Below, in pieces: positions 11,093-23,247 of a stretch of DNA of 26,812 nt; position 1 is the first letter of the stretch; every line of letters begins with the position of its first letter. The notes beneath the pieces are model-generated. The model did no database searches. It saw only the letters and a list, made by a program, of their open reading frames with translations, and was not told the DNA's origin. Source of the stretch: Albugo candida (taxonomy: Eukaryota); NCBI GenBank assembly GCA_040437565.1, contig JBDOQK010000049.1, forward strand, positions 248,001 to 274,812. Reading direction: 5' to 3'. The translations under genes were made by a program, and so were the position numbers.

Positions 11093-14000
11093 AGTGTTCT
11101 GCAGGCCAATAACCATATCTAACCACGTAATCATGACACTGAAAGATTCTCGAAAAAAAGGCATTCTCGCACCTCTAACAAGAGCCAGTGATATCAAACA
11201 TGGTAGAGTAGATGCATTCGGTTCAGGGCTTTATGCAATCATCGTTCTTATGAATTGTTCTTCTGACCACATAGCAAATACTTGATTTGCTGAATCATAG
11301 GTAATCTTGCATACATCCAACAACGCATGCTAACAAGTAGTGATGAGGGTACCACGTAAGAGTCAATAATCTTACGGAAGGATCAGAGTGGAGACAATGA
11401 CGTATTTGGGTTCGCGAAAGAGGTATGTTCACGTTGATTTTAATCTCAGAACTTGCGTATAGTGAGACCTGTTTTCTAATCTGATATTGAATGTAGAGGA
11501 GATGCTGATGCCTGATCTCTGAAATATCTGGACGGGGTATATCTTTCGTATTTAGAAAAAGAAAAAGCTCTCGGTAAGAGACACNNNNNNNNNNNNNNNN
11601 NNNNNNNNNNNNNNNNNNNNNNNNNNNNNNNNNNNNNNNNNNNNNNNNNNNNNNNNNNNNNNNNNNNNNNNNNNNNNNNNNNNNGCGTATAGTGAGACCT
11701 GTTTTCTAATCTGATATTGAATGTAGAGGAGATGCTGATGCCTGATCTCTGAAATATCTGGACGGGGTATATCTTTCGTATTTAGAAAAAGAAAAAGCTC
11801 TCGGTAAGAGACACTCAAAAGTAACTCAAAATGGCTGGGCTGGCATAGCTATACAGAGGATGGATTGGGGAAGCGATGATTTTGATGGGGGACACAAGTA
11901 CGAACTTTTCGTAGCTGACAAAGAAACACACTTTGCTTGAGAATAGCAGCATGGGGGGTACAATGATCAACGTCAAATACTTTGCTTGTTGAAGCCGGCT
12001 ACGTTTGGGGAGTATTTTGTTCTTTTGTCCATTTGAATGTGATCATGTAAGACGCTAAAGAAAGTGATTGCGCCAATGTATTTGATAGATACAATGATTG
12101 AGAAGACATCCTGATGTAACGTCAGGTCCAAATGTAATGCTTCTGGTCGGCAAATAACTTACACGCCGATGAGAACGCTTAGATACAGAATGCTACGATG
12201 CTCCGAGCAAGCTTCTATTAACCAAAATGCCGCAAACACATTATATTCCAACTGTCATTGATGTATTCTGGCATGGCGCATATTATATATTTAGCTTTAA
12301 AGAATCATAAGATGGCTTCTTGAACCGGGCAACGTTTCAAATGACTGATAAGTTCTCGCGAAGTGATCTTTCATGGCTTTGCCAACGGGATTTACGTCGA
12401 TTCGATCACTGTACCGCACGTTGTTACCTCTCACAGTAGCTAAATCTACGGGTATGATTTTGATAGAAACTTGGCATTTCCTGTAACAAGAGTATGCTTT
12501 GGCAACTTTTTGTGCAAGCGGGTATAATGAGCTCTGGTCGCAGTCAACTAAACAGGTCACATTGCATATATGACCGCAAAGTGACCCCTATTATCTCTAA
12601 AACAACGAGATGTACCCTTCCCTTCGCCGCCCCTCGTAGTAAAATCCTTGTGCACTTTTCAGCTTATTCTTACTTCCAATTCCCTGCGGTGGCTACCGTG
12701 TAGTCNNNNNNNNNNNNNNNNNNNNNNNNNNNNNNNNNNNNNNNNNNNNNNNNNNNNNNNNNNNNNNNNNNNNNNNNNNNNNNNNNNNNNNNNNNNNNNN
12801 NNNNNCTCAAATCTATTCTCAGGGGTGGTGCGAGAGAAAGTTTGCCTGTGGATAGATTTACATTCCGTCTGTGAAAAATCAGCGGACCGCAATGTCTTTT
12901 GTGAAGAAAGGGCCTCAACTTTTGTGTGATTTAGCAAATGGTCGTGAAAGGCAGCAAAACGTCATATCAAAAATGATGTAAAATGATGTAAGATTTCTTT
13001 CTTATCATAAGTTTGGATGTCAATAAGCAGGTGAACAGTGGCAAAACATATGAGCAGTTGTGACTCCATGTCCTGGAAAAGGCGATTATTGCACAGACAC
13101 AGATTCTATACCCGCTCTTACTCGCGGACTTGAATTGTCGACTATCAGATGCAATGCACCTTAGCAAGGCCCGCATTCAAGCAAATTATGAAGTGTAAAG
13201 GAATGCGTTTTCTGCAGGTAATACGCTTACTTCCGGCACCCCGTCTGCGCGATTTTGCGGCCGACAAAATTCAGTGAGCGATACTCAGGAATTTAGAGGG
13301 GGAAATACTTCTCACTACCTCAGAGACCGCCCAATTAGAGATAGATGAGCGTAAACGGTGGTAGAATACAAGTGATTTCTCNNNNNNNNNNNNNNNNNNN
13401 NNNNNNNNNNNNNNNNNNNNNNNNNNNNNNNNNNNNNNNNNNNNNNNNNNNNNNNNNNNNNNNNNNNNNNNNNNNNNNNNNCGCCCAATTAGAGATAGAT
13501 GAGCGTAAACGGTGGTAGAATACAAGTGATTTCTCAAAATGAAAAGGAAAATTGTATGCTAACCATGATGCTTCTCTCTACTCTAGCGTACTGTCGTTTC
13601 TATTCGCGACATGGAGTACGAATAGAGGCGTATAAACGTTACTCATGGCCGCACAATGAACATGATGCGAATCGAAGATCCGGAGACACACGGTATCTGT
13701 TCATAACGAAGCAGGATCACGGTAGGAAATAGTGCAGACTATGCTAGGTTTTGAAACAGATTTGCTGCTATCCTTATCTTTGATATTGCAGCCATCATGA
13801 AAAAATCACACAGATTACTCAAGCAAGAATTCCCTATGTCGTCCCCTTTCTTTCCGAGCAATACGCATCTGTTTGTGAAGGAACTCGTTTGCTTGATATA
13901 TAATTGTGGCTCATATACAACACGCACCAGATTGATTTTAACGTTGGGCATACGTTATTCAGATATCAGTCACGATACGATCTTGTACTGCTCACTGCTA

Positions 14001-17000
14001 TTTTGAAATTATGGCTGCAAATGATGAACCTACAACCCTGATGAGAGCAGGATGGTCAGAGATTAGTATGCAGATCATTTCAACGTGATAACATGTGACG
14101 AACTGTTTGGATTGGATTTGCCCTCGCAAGCACGATAGAGAAGTCATGTTTGGCCAGTTTGTCAAGTTGAAAGTGTCTCTAAGGAGTTCCTTGCATAAAA
14201 TGTGTAGTAGCTGAATCATCAGTCTGGTAGCGTTTCTCTGAAAAGGATCTGGTGAGTTGTTTTGCGTCTGAACTATGAATTCATGTAAATAAGCCTTCAT
14301 AGAAAAAGAACTGCCGCACTAAAGTCGAGGTTTCTCATCGGTAAAAACAGCTGTATGCAACTGTAATTCGTAGAGCGAGACAGGATTGAAAAGGGAATAA
14401 AGACGTTCTTGGGATACCCCAGAAAGCGCGATAGAAGAAGGTGTAATCTCCAGTGCGTACTCTGGTGATATTTTGTGAGCAAGGATCTTGGTTAGAATCA
14501 CGCTGAATGACTACCTTATGTCAAGCAAGATGTACAATTGCCGAAAAAGCTTCCCCACCTTTTGACGACTGCGGAAACATTTAGGGCCAATGCATTTTTA
14601 CTGCTCCCTCGCGTCAGCATCAGAGATAAAAAAGCGAACGTCAAAGGCGTAGTGAAGGTTTTCTCTACGAGACAAACGCCCATATTTGGAAAAGAAAGTT
14701 GACCAGGCAACGCAAGGCCTGGACGTAGCTACGGTTGTGGCTCACGCATAGTATACACTTGATGCAGAATATATCGTAGTTCCTGATTGCAAAAGACACT
14801 TAAAAGCACCTTCCGCTTGTAAGGTTTCTATACTTGACTCGGTGGGCCGGGGTTTTGGGCATGGTAAAGATCAATAAAGTGACATACTCTTTCATAAAAA
14901 ATATTCGGGTGGAGTGGTAAATGGCGCTAAATGCAATTAATTGAGTGAAATACAAGGAAGGAGGATTTTGTGCGTGTCTTGGCAAGCTAGAGATTAATAC
15001 TAAACGTCTTACCAGCATTTTCAAGGCTTTTAAATATAAGCAGCATCGAATTCAACGTTGTAGATTACGAAGTCTGCGCAAACCTAATAAACAATGAAGC
15101 CTGTTGCTGACGCCATAACTCCCATTGAAAAGAGGCGAAAGAATGATGTTGACTGCCTAGATCCTTAATTATACGCAACTGTATAAAAACATGGCAGATC
15201 TGATAGTCACACATCAAAGACCATTGCCTAGAAACCCCATTGACTATCTATGCATGAGGCACGTCTTGAATCCACAATATGATTATCTCACTATCTCTTC
15301 GGTTCGAAGGTTTGTGGCACCTCTTTAGTCACGCTGGGCCTCCTTTGACAATATATTCCGAGACAGCAAACTCCGAGAGATTCATAGCACTTCGAAGAAT
15401 TATGTCGAGCCCATGAAGTGGTGAAAAATGGATTAGAATCAACATTCTGGAGTCCCCATTCCGCAAAATTGCGAGAATTGACGAAGATGGTACGGAGGTA
15501 ACAATAATGCAGCAACATGCCAACAATGTGGAGGTAAACAGCGATGACGGTATTTGTGATATTAAGAGGAGAAAACATGTCCGAGAAGGAGGAGTCACAA
15601 AATAAGGCGCTCCAGTGAGGTGTGGATGCGTTGCTCCTAGATACGAAGAATTAGGAGAGAAAGGTTTTGCTTTGGGTTTGACATTGATAACGCTTACACT
15701 AATCATTGGCTAGGCTGATGACGAACTTTGGAACTAATCATGAATTTAAACGATATTCCTTTCAGACCGGTAATTCCCATGTCAAGTGATACCTAACAAA
15801 AACAAAGAGTAAAAGTAGAGGCCTCACTTTGTTGTTGATACTGGCTAAGGGTGCCTGTAATGCTTGTCCATCATCACTACGCTGTCAGCGAGATTATCCT
15901 AGAAGCTCCTAGTAGTGCTCTCGATCAAGGTATAGCAATAGGCTTCTCACTTTCTGTTTCTTTCTTCTTCCGAACAATGACCTCCTCATCATATGATGCC
16001 ATCATTGAAGTTGTTCTAACAAATTGCTATGTCAGTACCGATAGCATAAAGGGCGCACTACTAGCATTAAGTCGGTCTTGCCATTTGACTGAATTGGTCT
16101 CTTTTTTTTGTACAATTCTTCAGAGAAGTGGATGTGGTCGAACGACTTCGAAATTATCTAAAATTGATCATCACCAGTTTGCCATCGATGCATCCAAGTC
16201 AAAAGTATGTGCAGGAGGTAATATAGTACCGGTCCAGTACACACGATACGATGGTATGCCATGTGAAAATTCAAACATGTAGGAGCGCTGGTCCCTTCCA
16301 GTTGCTTTTTTGTTCTTACACGGCAGAAGCTATGGTCATCTTGAAGAGAACGAAAGAAGGATACTGATGCTGACGAGTTCTTGTGCATGCGTCGACAATA
16401 TCCTTCTTCGAGAGGGTCGTGTATCGAATCGATCGGATTTTTTAGTTGCACGACATCGTTGCACTGGAAGATCTTTTTATCATGCTACCTATATCTGGAT
16501 TTGATAGTTCGCGCCAATTACGTTTGCGGTCACAATGAAAGATCACCTTTTTGGCACCTAGCTGTTCTGCATTAGGGCATGCGCAGCAGTGCTATTTATC
16601 GCAGAATTACAGATGTTATACAAAAGACAATCGCACTTTTATTCCGCTGGGGGCAAGTGATAGTCATGCTGGTTCACTTTTCGTTGTATTGTTACCACAT
16701 CGACAAGGGCCTGAACTACAAAAAGAGCTAATAGAGCCGGCTTGAAAATTAGATTATGGTGCGTAAATTCACTCGCACCTGTGAGAACGCACGATGACCA
16801 AATAGCCTCAAATACATATTGCTATTACAAACGAAAGGAAAGTTTAATCACAGGCGTATACAATACGTCAATTTTAGCTGTCAAGACCCTTTGCCTGAGC
16901 TACCTACCGCTGATATGAAATCTGAACTTTGGTTGATTAGTCAGCTTAGATGCGGAGATGGTAGAAAGCAACACTCTTCCGAATAGACCTTGTCTGTTGT

Positions 17001-17498
17001 TCTTAAATGGATTGCGTACAGTAAATTTCTTACTCCTTCATGTCCATCAAACTTGCTCCTCAAATCTTGTCCTACGTAGCACAGAAATTCAATGATCTTA
17101 AGCATGTTATTTTGGAATATGTATGGAGAAATTTGATTCATGCATCAATCGAAGAGACTCGTTGTAATGTTTTACAATGCGAGAATAGAGTACACGACGC
17201 TACCTAGGTGATTTACACGCCCAGATGTTGAAGTAGCCACAGGTACAACAATCTGTCCGAATAAGGTTGCTTCGCACAACGTCTCACAAGGTTTTTGTCA
17301 AAGTATTTGATTCCTTTTCATGCTTTGGTGATGTTCCCGAAACTAAGTGATATATCTGAACAAGCTTGGGAGGAAGCTAATAAATGACTAAAAGCGCAGT
17401 CTGCTTCGCGAAGTACTTCGTTTTGACATCGTATTGCACCCAGCATGCTTCTCCGAACACCAGGTTTCCCTAAGACCATAGTCAGCTAATTTGAGAAG

Positions 17499-18572
17499 AA
17501 ATCTCAACTAGCTTGGATAGGTCTACGTGGGGAAGTCCAGATATCGTGCACTGGAATTTGTACAACCAAGTTGCTTTGATGGCTTGTTCCACATAAACGG
17601 GGTTCAAATGTATTAAGTGGATGTAAACGTTTCTCGCGCAAACTCTTAAGTAGTAATTTTTCAAGCCGAAATTATGGCGTAATTTTTGTGCAACAGAAGT
17701 CACCTAGGGATGTTAGACTACACATCAATGAAGAAATCGATGATGATGTGAGCTTTCCATTTCGTACGAGTCTATGTGGCGTTTTAGAATTCGCAAAATC
17801 AGAGGCCTATAAACCCGCGATCAAGGTATTGGGTTCTTTTGCTGTGACAGGCTGAGTTTGGAAGACCTGGTCGGATTTGAGTCGAATGACGCTGTGAATT
17901 TTACCTATCTTACACATACTTCTGAAGTCGGACTGTTTATTTCGTAATTGTGATGTAATTACTTTGATGCATGAGAGAAACCCTCNNNNNNNNNNNNNNN
18001 NNNNNNNNNNNNNNNNNNNNNNNNNNNNNNNNNNNNNNNNNNNNNNNNNNNNNNNNNNNNNNNNNNNNNNNNNNNNNNNNNNNNNAATCTCAACTAGCTT
18101 GGATAGGTCTACGTGGGGAAGTCCAGATATCGTGCACTGGAATTTGTACAACCAAGTTGCTTTGATGGCTTGTTCCACATAAACGGGGTTCAAATGTATT
18201 AAGTGGATGTAAACGTTTCTCGCGCAAACTCTTAAGTAGTAATTTTTCAAGCCGAAATTATGGCGTAATTTTTGTGCAACAGAAGTCACCTAGGGATGTT
18301 AGACTACACATCAATGAAGAAATCGATGATGATGTGAGCTTTCCATTTCGTACGAGTCTATGTGGCGTTTTAGAATTCGCAAAATCAGAGGCCTATAAAC
18401 CCGCGATCAAGGTATTGGGTTCTTTTGCTGTGACAGGCTGAGTTTGGAAGACCTGGTCGGATTTGAGTCGAATGACGCTGTGAATTTTACCTATCTTACA
18501 CATACTTCTGAAGTCGGACTGTTTATTTCGTAATTGTGATGTAATTACTTTGATGCATGAGAGAAACCCTCG
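17499..18572. repeat. ~487-bp direct duplication flanking a 100-N gap (17499-17985 = 18086-18572); probable assembly overlap artefact
   Basis: The same sequence aatctcaactagc...gagagaaaccctc occurs on both sides of gap 17986-18085. Confidence 0.85.
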
Positions 18573-18734
18573 TTTCGCTCGGTAAGTCTGTCGCTCGATG
18601 ATTTAAAGTGACTGGTCATCTCGCAAGTCTTATTCCATCGGAGAAAAGTAAACACGCTGTCCAGAATCATTGCTGGAATAGTATTGTGCCTCTGTTTGTT
18701 ATATGATGTGTTAGCACTCAGAGTCTTGATAATA

Positions 18735-20426
18735 TTAGTCGAACTCATCTTCGTCGTCGTTACCGTCGTCAGCATCTCCATCTTCGTCAAACAAAGCATC
18801 CAAAATCTAGTCAGAAAAAATAAGGCATTCGATGAAATGCACACTGGATATAACGGCAATACCGTGTCATTTTCACTCAATGCCTCTTCCACATAAGTCA
18901 TAAATGATTCGTATGCGTCACTACCTTCTCCTTGATGTCCTGCCACGTCTAAGAGCTGCTGATACATCTGCAGCATATCATGAGAAGCGCAATCAAGATC
19001 TTCAGAGTCTCATATCAGCAGTAAAATTCTTTGTACATCGAAGGAGAATTCCACATTTTGGACCCGGGCATGCTCTAATAAATCAGTCGCCACCAAATAA
19101 TCGCAGCGCTTGACCAGTGCCATCAAAACAGGATGGTACAATCGCTCTGTTGGGATTACTTCTTTTTCTATGTTTGAGCAATTAGTAGCATTAGTATTGC
19201 TGAACACGACCNNNNNNNNNNNNNNNNNNNNNNNNNNNNNNNNNNNNNNNNNNNNNNNNNNNNNNNNNNNNNNNNNNNNNNNNNNNNNNNNNNNNNNNNN
19301 NNNNNNNNNNNTAATCGCAGCGCTTGACCAGTGCCATCAAAACAGGATGGTACAATCGCTCTGTTGGGATTACTTCTTTTTCTATGTTTGAGCAATTAGT
19401 AGCATTAGTATTGCTGAACACGACCCTCATCTGGCAAACCTGCAGATAATTCTCGAATGATATCCACAGCTTCCTCGAGCATGTTAGCCTGTACTAACGC
19501 TTCCAGAATACCGCTATAAGCCTGTAAATCCAGTAATATTCCGAATTGTGATGCTTCATCATAAATTTCCATGGCCTCCTTCAGCATGTCATGACGTAGA
19601 CAGCCATCCACTACATAGATAAAGGCCAGTTTTGTGTAATCATCCGCTTTGAATCTGGCGTTTCGGAACGAATTGCGTAGAATCTCCAGGGCACTTTGAA
19701 CGTGCGAGCCAGTTTCGCTTTTCGCAAGAAGAATCACCAGCTTTTGAGAAATTTTGTCATTTGGATGCTCAGGAAGTCGTTCAAAGAATCGTAGCGCTTT
19801 GACAAAATCACGGTTGGCGATAATCAAGTCCAGATTCTGAGCAAGATTTGTTTCCTCGCACACTTGTACTCGAGGAGACNNNNNNNNNNNNNNNNNNNNN
19901 NNNNNNNNNNNNNNNNNNNNNNNNNNNNNNNNNNNNNNNNNNNNNNNNNNNNNNNNNNNNNNNNNNNNNNNNNNNNNNNCTTCAGCATGTCATGACGTAG
20001 ACAGCCATCCACTACATAGATAAAGGCCAGTTTTGTGTAATCATCCGCTTTAAATCTGGCGTTTCGGAACGAATTGCGTAGAATCTCCAGGGCACTTTGA
20101 ACATGCGAGCCAGTTTCGCTTTTCGCAAGAAAAATCACCAGCTTTTGACAAATTGTGTCATTTGGATGCTCAGGAAGTCGTTCAAAGAATCGTAACGCTT
20201 TGACAAAATCACGATTGGCGATAATCAAGTCCAGATTCTGAGCAAGATTTGTTTCCTCGCACACTTGTACTCGAGGAGACGCTGATGAAAAAAGAAGTTT
20301 GCGTTGTCGATGGAAATCATTCACACCCGAGTAACTAATCATAAAGTAGCATCTATGCTCAGATCTTAGTAATTGTTTTCCAGGTTGGCCAAAACGAGCT
20401 TCATTTAAGAACGATAATATTCTCAT
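18735..20426 (-). CDS. Pentatricopeptide-repeat (PPR)-like helical repeat protein, probably mitochondrial; spliced, with gap-associated duplications
   Basis: ATG at 20426, with an Arg/Ser-rich N-terminus. PPR-like units: AFIYVVDGCLRHDMLKEAMEIYDEASQFGILLD, QAYSGILEALVQANMLEEAVDIIRELSAEKEVIPT, RLYHPVLMALVKRCDYLVATDLLEHARVQNVEFS. Predicted introns 19439-19382, 19036-18968 and 18862-18807 are all GT-AG and frame-restoring. The protein ends in the acidic ILDALFDEDGDADDGNDDEDEFD* (TAA 18737-18735). Confidence 0.78.
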
Positions 20427-22087
20427 CGCCAAAACTACTGTAATCTTCTAGATATAANNNNNNNNNNNNNNNNNNNNNNNNNNNNNNNNNNNNNNNNNNN
20501 NNNNNNNNNNNNNNNNNNNNNNNNNNNNNNNNNNNNNNNNNNNNNNNNNNNNNNNNNCTCATCGCCAAAACTACAGTAATCTTCTAGATATAAGCGTGCT
20601 CACCCAGTAATTATTTATTTGTATCCAGCTGTACTGAAGGTAATATCATTGAGACAAATATGTAGAGATCTGTAGCCCGGGTGCGAGTTTACATGATACA
20701 ATAACTTCTGATTCGTCAAAGCCGTATTTTTCATTTCAGAACAACTTACGGAAATTTACGATGCAAATAACTTCAGGACAGGGTAAGATCAGTGCCATCT
20801 CTATCATTTGTCCATTGATGCAAAGTCAAGTTCAGAAAATGTCGTAGGTATATTATTACCTGCTTGGTTAGAATCAAAAAATCAATTGATTTGCTACTAC
20901 TTTCTAGAGCAGAAATAAGTCTAGCGTATTCTCGTTCACAATCGCTTTACTCATTGTAATACAATCTCGTGGCGCAAGCTTGTAAATAAAAATGCGGAAA
21001 CGTGGTGGGAACCAGCTCATATTCCAGGAGTTGACGCCGGTGAAGAGTGTCATAAAATATATGAGGACGTGCAAACCCATTGAGGTGTACATTGTCGACA
21101 AAGATTTTGAAACGTCTTCGTTTTACATCAAAAGATCTCAAGAAGACAGCTTACCTCGTCAACGAGGTTGCCAACAACATCTACTCAATGACTCTTCTGT
21201 CACTACCAAAAAATTCTTACCACCTGTGTCACGATTCCAGAGAATGCACCATCTCTCATCATTATATGTCATTATGAGTGGTAGTTGTAGGAAGTTATGC
21301 TTCACAATAGATAATGCTAGGTAGGGCCATGCCATATCATTCTGTACAAGCTTCCAGACAATACTTCATTATAGTGTTTGCAAGCTAAACATGATCGAAG
21401 GTACGGGTCTCGTATAAATTATACAAATAAGGTTGCGTCATGCGTATACATCATTAGGAATAGTCTGCTTTTGAGTCTTTATGTACGATATTCGTCAACT
21501 GTAGTTCGCACAGATGATGGTGATCTTCTCTAGTAGTCATAAATAAAGTAATTTCAGCTTTAGAAGTACGCATTCACGTCCAGAATATGAGCGAGCTTTA
21601 ACAAGTTATAGGTCATATAAACTAACCGATAACCCACGCTTCGGGAACTGTTAGACAAAATTCTACTCTCACCACGCATGTTGCCCGCTACAGCTGTTAA
21701 TCTTTTGCTGAAGTTAGTAGTGTTGCTCTACACAATAATATATTTGCGCTGATTAGAGTCTTGTAGGCTGTTTAACATATCGTACATGATTCTTCATATA
21801 CCAGGGAGTAACTGGTTTTTATACATGCTATGTTGAACGCGCGGACGAACTGCAAGTGCCGTACAAGGCCAGATACGAGAAGCTTGGCACATTGCAAAGA
21901 AACCTTTGTCTTTAACTGATGCGATAACCCGAAAGTATTTACAATGCTAATTGATGAAGTAATAGGCATGAAACACAAAAATCAAGGNNNNNNNNNNNNN
22001 NNNNNNNNNNNNNNNNNNNNNNNNNNNNNNNNNNNNNNNNNNNNNNNNNNNNNNNNNNNNNNNNNNNNNNNNNNNNNNNNNNNNNNN

Positions 22088-23150
22088 CCTTACCCACCAT
22101 TGACACCTCAGGTTTTTGCTTCGCTGGAGCTTTTTCAACATCCTTTTCCTTTGTGCTCGTGTTGTCATTTATTTTCTTGTGATTCGAGCCTCCACTTTCC
22201 GGTGGGTTGGACGTCGGCCCTCCACTTCCCGGTGGGTTCAACGTCAGTCCTCCACTTTTCGGCGTGTTGTGATTCGACCCTCCACTTTTCGGCGTAATGG
22301 GACTCGAGCCTCCATTTCCCGGCGTAGTGGGATTCGAGCCACCATTTCCCGGCGTAGTGGGATTCGAGCCTCCATTCCCCGGCGTAGTGGGAGTCGAGCC
22401 TCCATTCCCCGGCGTAGTGGGATTCGAGCCTCCATTTCCCGGCGTAGTGGGAGTCGAGCCACCATTTCCCGGAGTAGTGGCATTCGAGCCTCCACCATTC
22501 GGCGGACACCTTAGGTTATATTCACCGGACGTTCCTGGGCTAGCATTCTCATCGATGTTGAGATAATATACATAGACCTGGCTATTTCCTTCCGCTTTTG
22601 ATTGTGATGCCGTCCAAAATAATTGCAAGGTCTTAGCCTTAGCGCACCAACTAGTGTTTGTTAGATCAATTTTAGCCAAGCCCTTGTTTCCAGGGTTGTT
22701 AATATCCTGGAAATTCTTGAAAACCATGATACGAATGTCATCGCAATAAACTTCAGCAGCTCCTACGTGTATGACACCTTCAAGAAAAGAACCTCTTCTC
22801 CTTCCAAAATAAATGTTCTTAGGAAATTTGACAGGTGCACCGTTTTTATCACATTGACCGGTCTCGAAGTTGCCTCCATTCGTTGGCACTGCATACTTTT
22901 GTATAATCTCTTTGACACTGAGTGTGTTGGGATCCCAGACAGACTTGAACATTTCATAATTTCTATCCGTTCCGGTTTCTGGGAATTTCGTGCCTTTGAA
23001 AACTTTTCCAAAATCAACTCTTCCAACAAAAAGACTTTTCTTCTTTATATCTTTTTGTGCGCAAGCTGGGCAATATACAGTCCCGTGGCTCTGCGCAACG
23101 CTGAGCAGTTTCGATAAAAGTAGAAATGAGAAGATAGTTCTATATGCCAT
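22088..23150 (-). CDS. Secreted AA17-like copper LPMO (divergent), paralogue of 10039-10980, with Gly/Ser/Pro/Thr repeat tail; 3' end lost in gap 21988-22087
   Basis: ATG at 23150, a 21-aa signal MAYRTIFSFLLLSKLLSVAQS, then HGTVYCPAC. Motifs: GVIHVGAAEVYCD, NNPGNKG, LQLFWTASQ...SQVYVYY. It aligns with the first paralogue over the whole catalytic domain, including all six Cys. Confidence 0.78.
22179..22493 (-). repeat. 30-nt coding tandem repeat, ~10.5 units of GGS(N/T)PTTPGN degenerating to GGxxxxPxS
   Basis: The + strand unit cccggcgtagtggga(t/g)tcgagcc(t/a)ccatt(t/c) repeats with a 30-nt period. Confidence 0.95.
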
Positions 23151-23205
23151 TGATGAACAGGCTGTCAAATCAGGAATGCGTTACTGCGATCAAACCGCCC
23201 CATAT

Positions 23206-23247
23206 GTGTAAAGAACACCTGAAAGGACACGAGTCCACCTACCTGCG
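23206..23247 (-). promoter_or_regulatory. Conserved upstream block of LPMO 2, shared with LPMO 1
   Basis: Near-identical to 11048-11092 and in an equivalent position relative to the ATG. Confidence 0.5.

Noticed and set aside
10981-11109. 43-aa N-terminal extension of the 356-aa ORF (and the 6-aa extension at 23151-23168)
   Set aside because: These start at TTG, not ATG. The paralogues align from the ATGs at 10980 and 23150, which begin the signal peptides.
15329-15345. HAGP peptide as a relic of a third AA17 copy
   Set aside because: No other AA17 motifs flank it, and a four-residue match is expected by chance.
11800-17400. Possible degenerate transposon filling the gene-poor interval
   Set aside because: I could not recognise any RT, integrase, transposase or terminal-repeat signature. 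The short ORFs here have no recognisable motifs.
18545-18976. 143-aa ORF as an independent gene
   Set aside because: It is a read-through of PPR gene exons and an intron; the spliced frame ends at 18735.
22179-22493. A 30-nt periodic repeat that might be mistaken for a CRISPR array
   Set aside because: The units are contiguous with no unique spacers, lie in frame within a eukaryotic CDS, and there are no cas genes.
22116-22566. Repetitive alternative-frame ORFs (WRLESHYAGK, EPPFPGVVGF, ARIPLRREM repeats)
   Set aside because: These are shadow frames of the 30-nt coding repeat in the LPMO tail.
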